DNA of 26,627 nucleotides from Candidatus Babelota bacterium (GTDB lineage Bacteria; Babelota; Babeliae; Babelales; JAUPTZ01): NCBI GenBank assembly GCA_030917105.1, contig JAUPVI010000002.1, positions 1 to 26,627 of the forward strand, read 5' to 3'. Shown piece by piece: positions 24,244 to 26,627 of this stretch (position 1 is its first letter; each line of letters starts with the position of its first letter). The notes under the pieces were generated by a model. It saw only the letters and a program-made list of their open reading frames with translations, ran no database searches and was not told where the DNA came from. The position numbers and the translations under genes were made by a program.

Positions 24244-25800
24244 GTGAAAACAGAGACCCGGGTTGGGATATTTGTTATCGGCGCCGTGCTGGTATTTTTG
24301 TATTTGAGCTTTAACATCGGCGCCTTACGTATCGATCAAAAAAATTATGATACGTACATCAGCTTTTTTGATGACACTGGTGGCCTTGATTTGAAGGCGG
24401 CAGTAAAAACATCCGGGGTACGTATCGGGTATGTTGAGGCCATTTATCTGCGTGAAGGTGGTAAGGCTGAAATTCATCTTAAGATTCTTAAAACATATAA
24501 ATTAGCACTTAACGCCTATGCTACGATTTCTCAAGAAACGTTGCTTGGAGGCAAAATTGTGGAACTCGACCAAGGGGATTTCTCAACTGGTATTCTTGCG
24601 CCAGGCACGACACTTGCTATGCCTGGAAAGTCTACTACGAGTGTGGGTGATTTGATTGATCAGTTTCGCGATATTGCGCAGAATGTTAGTGATATAGCTT
24701 ACTCTTTTAAGACCGTTTTTTCTTCTCGCGAAGGTCATCAGCAGTTAGAAAGCACATTGCGCAATGCCTCTGAAGCAGCAGAGAATATCGCTCATCTCTC
24801 TGATGTTGTTGATCGCATTGTAACGAAAAAAGAAGGAGCTATTAATACAACGATTGATAACTTAGATGATACGATGCGCGAATTGCGTAGCGGTGTGCCC
24901 AAGATTACTCGTGCAATTGATGAAACAGCCGCTGATATTCGCGCTAAAGTGGTCCCTGAAGTAGCTAAAGTTGGTCCAGCGTTTGAAACCATACAAGAAG
25001 CAGCTGTTCATGCAAAAGAAGGGTTTCGCGAGGCGGAACAGGTTATGGAAAAAATTAACACAGGTAAAGGTGTTGTTGGAAAGCTGATTAATGAAGATGA
25101 GGTATATGCCGATTTAAAGAAGACTATTCACGGGCTCAAAGAGTATGTGAGCCGTGTCGAGTCGCTGCAAATTTATATAGATATGCATAGCGAAACGCTC
25201 TTTAAGTATGCGCGGAATAAAGGATTCCTGGAAATGAAGATCCGCCCATCACATGATTATTTCTGGATGATTCAGATATGTAGTTCCGACTATGGTACGA
25301 TTGATCGCGAGATAGAGCAAATTATTCGTCGCGATAGTTATGGCAATATTCTTTCAACTACAACACTCACTGAGCCACAGCACAAGATTTGGCTTGCTGA
25401 TAGCGTTGAGCGTGTTACGCGTACAAAGAACACCTATACCTTGAGTGCGCAGTTTGGTAAGCGGTTTGACCGCTTGGTCTTGCGTGCAGGGCTTTTTGAG
25501 GGATTCTTTGGTGGTGCGGTCGATTATTATGTACCGCTTGATACCGATCTCGTTCATTGGGTAACCACCTTGGAAGCATATGATTTCCAGGGAGTGTTGC
25601 GCCTTGACGATAACCGTATGCACGTGAAGTGGATCAACAAAGTAATGTTTATGAAGAATCTTTATACTTGCTTTGGTATAGATGACATTGTCAGTCGTGG
25701 CAATGCAAGCCCATTTATTGGCTTTGGCTTGCGCTTTACTGACTCTGATCTTAAATATTTCTTATCACTCATTGCTGGTGCTAGTCCGTCGAACAAGTAG
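24244..25800 (+). CDS. mlaD: MCE/MlaD family protein with long helical region and C-terminal beta-strand domain (518 aa)
   Basis: N-terminal TM (RVGIFVIGAVLVFLYL); MCE motif FDDTGGLDLKAAVKTSGVRIGYV...TLLGGKIVEL; helical repeats incl. GKGVVGKLINEDEVY; C-terminal amphipathic strands ending SPFIGFGLRF. GTG start with AAGG SD. Confidence 0.85.
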   Translation: MKTETRVGIFVIGAVLVFLYLSFNIGALRIDQKNYDTYISFFDDTGGLDLKAAVKTSGVRIGYVEAIYLREGGKAEIHLKILKTYKLALNAYATISQETLLGGKIVELDQGDFSTGILAPGTTLAMPGKSTTSVGDLIDQFRDIAQNVSDIAYSFKTVFSSREGHQQLESTLRNASEAAENIAHLSDVVDRIVTKKEGAINTTIDNLDDTMRELRSGVPKITRAIDETAADIRAKVVPEVAKVGPAFETIQEAAVHAKEGFREAEQVMEKINTGKGVVGKLINEDEVYADLKKTIHGLKEYVSRVESLQIYIDMHSETLFKYARNKGFLEMKIRPSHDYFWMIQICSSDYGTIDREIEQIIRRDSYGNILSTTTLTEPQHKIWLADSVERVTRTKNTYTLSAQFGKRFDRLVLRAGLFEGFFGGAVDYYVPLDTDLVHWVTTLEAYDFQGVLRLDDNRMHVKWINKVMFMKNLYTCFGIDDIVSRGNASPFIGFGLRFTDSDLKYFLSLIAGASPSNK

Positions 25801-25837
25801 TTTCTCTGAATATCTTGTATGGAATCGCGAGGCCTTT

Positions 25838-26299
25838 TCAGTTTGGGGGGGAAAGGAGCATGTCGATGCAGCCGGGACTGATGCTTCGAAGGTCTTTTAC
25901 CCAAGTACTGAGATTATGGGCTTTTACTAGTCCTCTCATGGTTTCTAGCTCGTCATCAGTAAAATTATGTGGTCTAGATTCGCGCTTGCATGTGTCCCAA
26001 AAATAAATAAAATTCAGTAGGAGTGCCTGAGTAAAGATTGGTTCTTCGTTCTTGTCGTAGGCCGAATATCGAACTGAACGGATGAAAAAGTCTTTATCTA
26101 TGCGGCTCATTATACTTTTTTCGCTACCTCGGATGCTGGTATACAAAAGGTCTCGCTTGCCATCCGCTTCTTCTCTTGTGATTGGGGCAATGAGGTATTC
26201 TTTGAACCGGGCACGCGCGGTTGCTATATCCTTTGTATTATCTGCTGGTGATAGAATAAATGTTGTGATAAGAGAAAGTAAAAATACAAAATATCTCAT
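25838..26299 (-). CDS. Small secreted hypothetical protein (153 aa)
   Basis: Signal peptide MRYFVFLLSLITTFILSPA; GGGGGA SD upstream; no motif recognised. Confidence 0.7.
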   Translation of the reverse strand: MRYFVFLLSLITTFILSPADNTKDIATARARFKEYLIAPITREEADGKRDLLYTSIRGSEKSIMSRIDKDFFIRSVRYSAYDKNEEPIFTQALLLNFIYFWDTCKRESRPHNFTDDELETMRGLVKAHNLSTWVKDLRSISPGCIDMLLSPPN

Positions 26300-26365
26300 G
26301 GCGCAGTCCCCCGACTAGTTGTGTAATGAGTGGCCGCTGTTTGGCGTGCCGCTCTGATCGGTCAA

Positions 26366-26394
26366 TATATAGCACATTTTGAGAGATGAGTCAT
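26366..26394 (-). promoter_or_regulatory. Candidate sigma70 promoter for the 153-aa gene
   Basis: Minus strand ATGACT-N17-TATATA with an extended -10 TG. Confidence 0.35.
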
Positions 26395-26475
26395 TTTTGA
26401 CGGCGAATGCCATGATTCGTCGCTCTTACCACTCTGAGGCGCTTTCTGAGTCCAGAAGTGAGTGTGGACGAGTGG

Positions 26476-26625
26476 CTAGGCCTCGGCTATGCCGTCGTCA
26501 GTTCCTTGATCCTCTTCTTCGGTGAAGATGATGTTGGGTTGGTAGATTGGGGTGTAGATTGGGTGTAGGTAACTAGATTGATAGAGGTCGTTCATCTTGA
26601 AAACTCGCGGTAAAACAATACTTTT
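26476..26625 (-). CDS. 3' end of an unidentified CDS entering from beyond the window
   Basis: Only minus-strand frame open from the window edge: ...KSIVLPRVFKMNDLYQSSYLHPIYTPIYQPNIIFTEEEDQGTDDGIAEA* (TAG at 26476-26478); acidic tail. Confidence 0.5.
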   Translation of the reverse strand, partial: KSIVLPRVFKMNDLYQSSYLHPIYTPIYQPNIIFTEEEDQGTDDGIAEA

Positions 26626-26627
26626 TG

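Noticed and set aside
26300-26475. Possible tRNA/ncRNA in the GC-richer intergenic region
   Set aside because: No cloverleaf or T-loop motif; only a weak ~8-bp hairpin.
26548-26570. Short GATTGGG(G)TGTA repeat as CRISPR or structural repeat
   Set aside because: Only two adjacent imperfect copies, encoding PIYT/PIYQ in the partial CDS; no spacers.

Overview
Bacterial chromosomal window of about 26.6 kb. I found no rRNA, tRNA, CRISPR array or transposase. The many signal-peptide-bearing hypotheticals, the gspF-G-H-I-J-K cluster and the long MlaD suggest an intracellular protist parasite such as Candidatus Babeliae/Dependentiae (TM6); this is inference from gene content only. Left arm (minus strand): canonical lon, then a 1126-aa Lon paralog, a PilM/PilN(GspL)-like protein, a Fic-HTH protein and the 5' part of rpsA. 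Middle: orphan lolD-like ATPase, a secreted coiled-coil protein, a secreted beta-rich protein paired with an outer-membrane barrel, a low-complexity protein with a bipartite-NLS-like motif, a bidirectional terminator and a secreted helical protein. Right: type II secretion gspF and pseudopilins, an MCE/MlaD protein with a C-terminal beta domain, and two small minus-strand genes. The standout is the Lon paralog: it has an N-terminal Sec-type signal peptide, two complete tandem AAA+ modules and an intact Ser-Lys protease dyad, i.e. a candidate exported double-ring Lon. Other notable items are a Rickettsia-palindromic-element-like hairpin in frame inside the GspJ leader peptide, Ala(-1) prepilin cleavage sites in three pseudopilins, and a structured, SD-less rpsA leader. 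All motif and alignment calls were made by eye; no searches were run.
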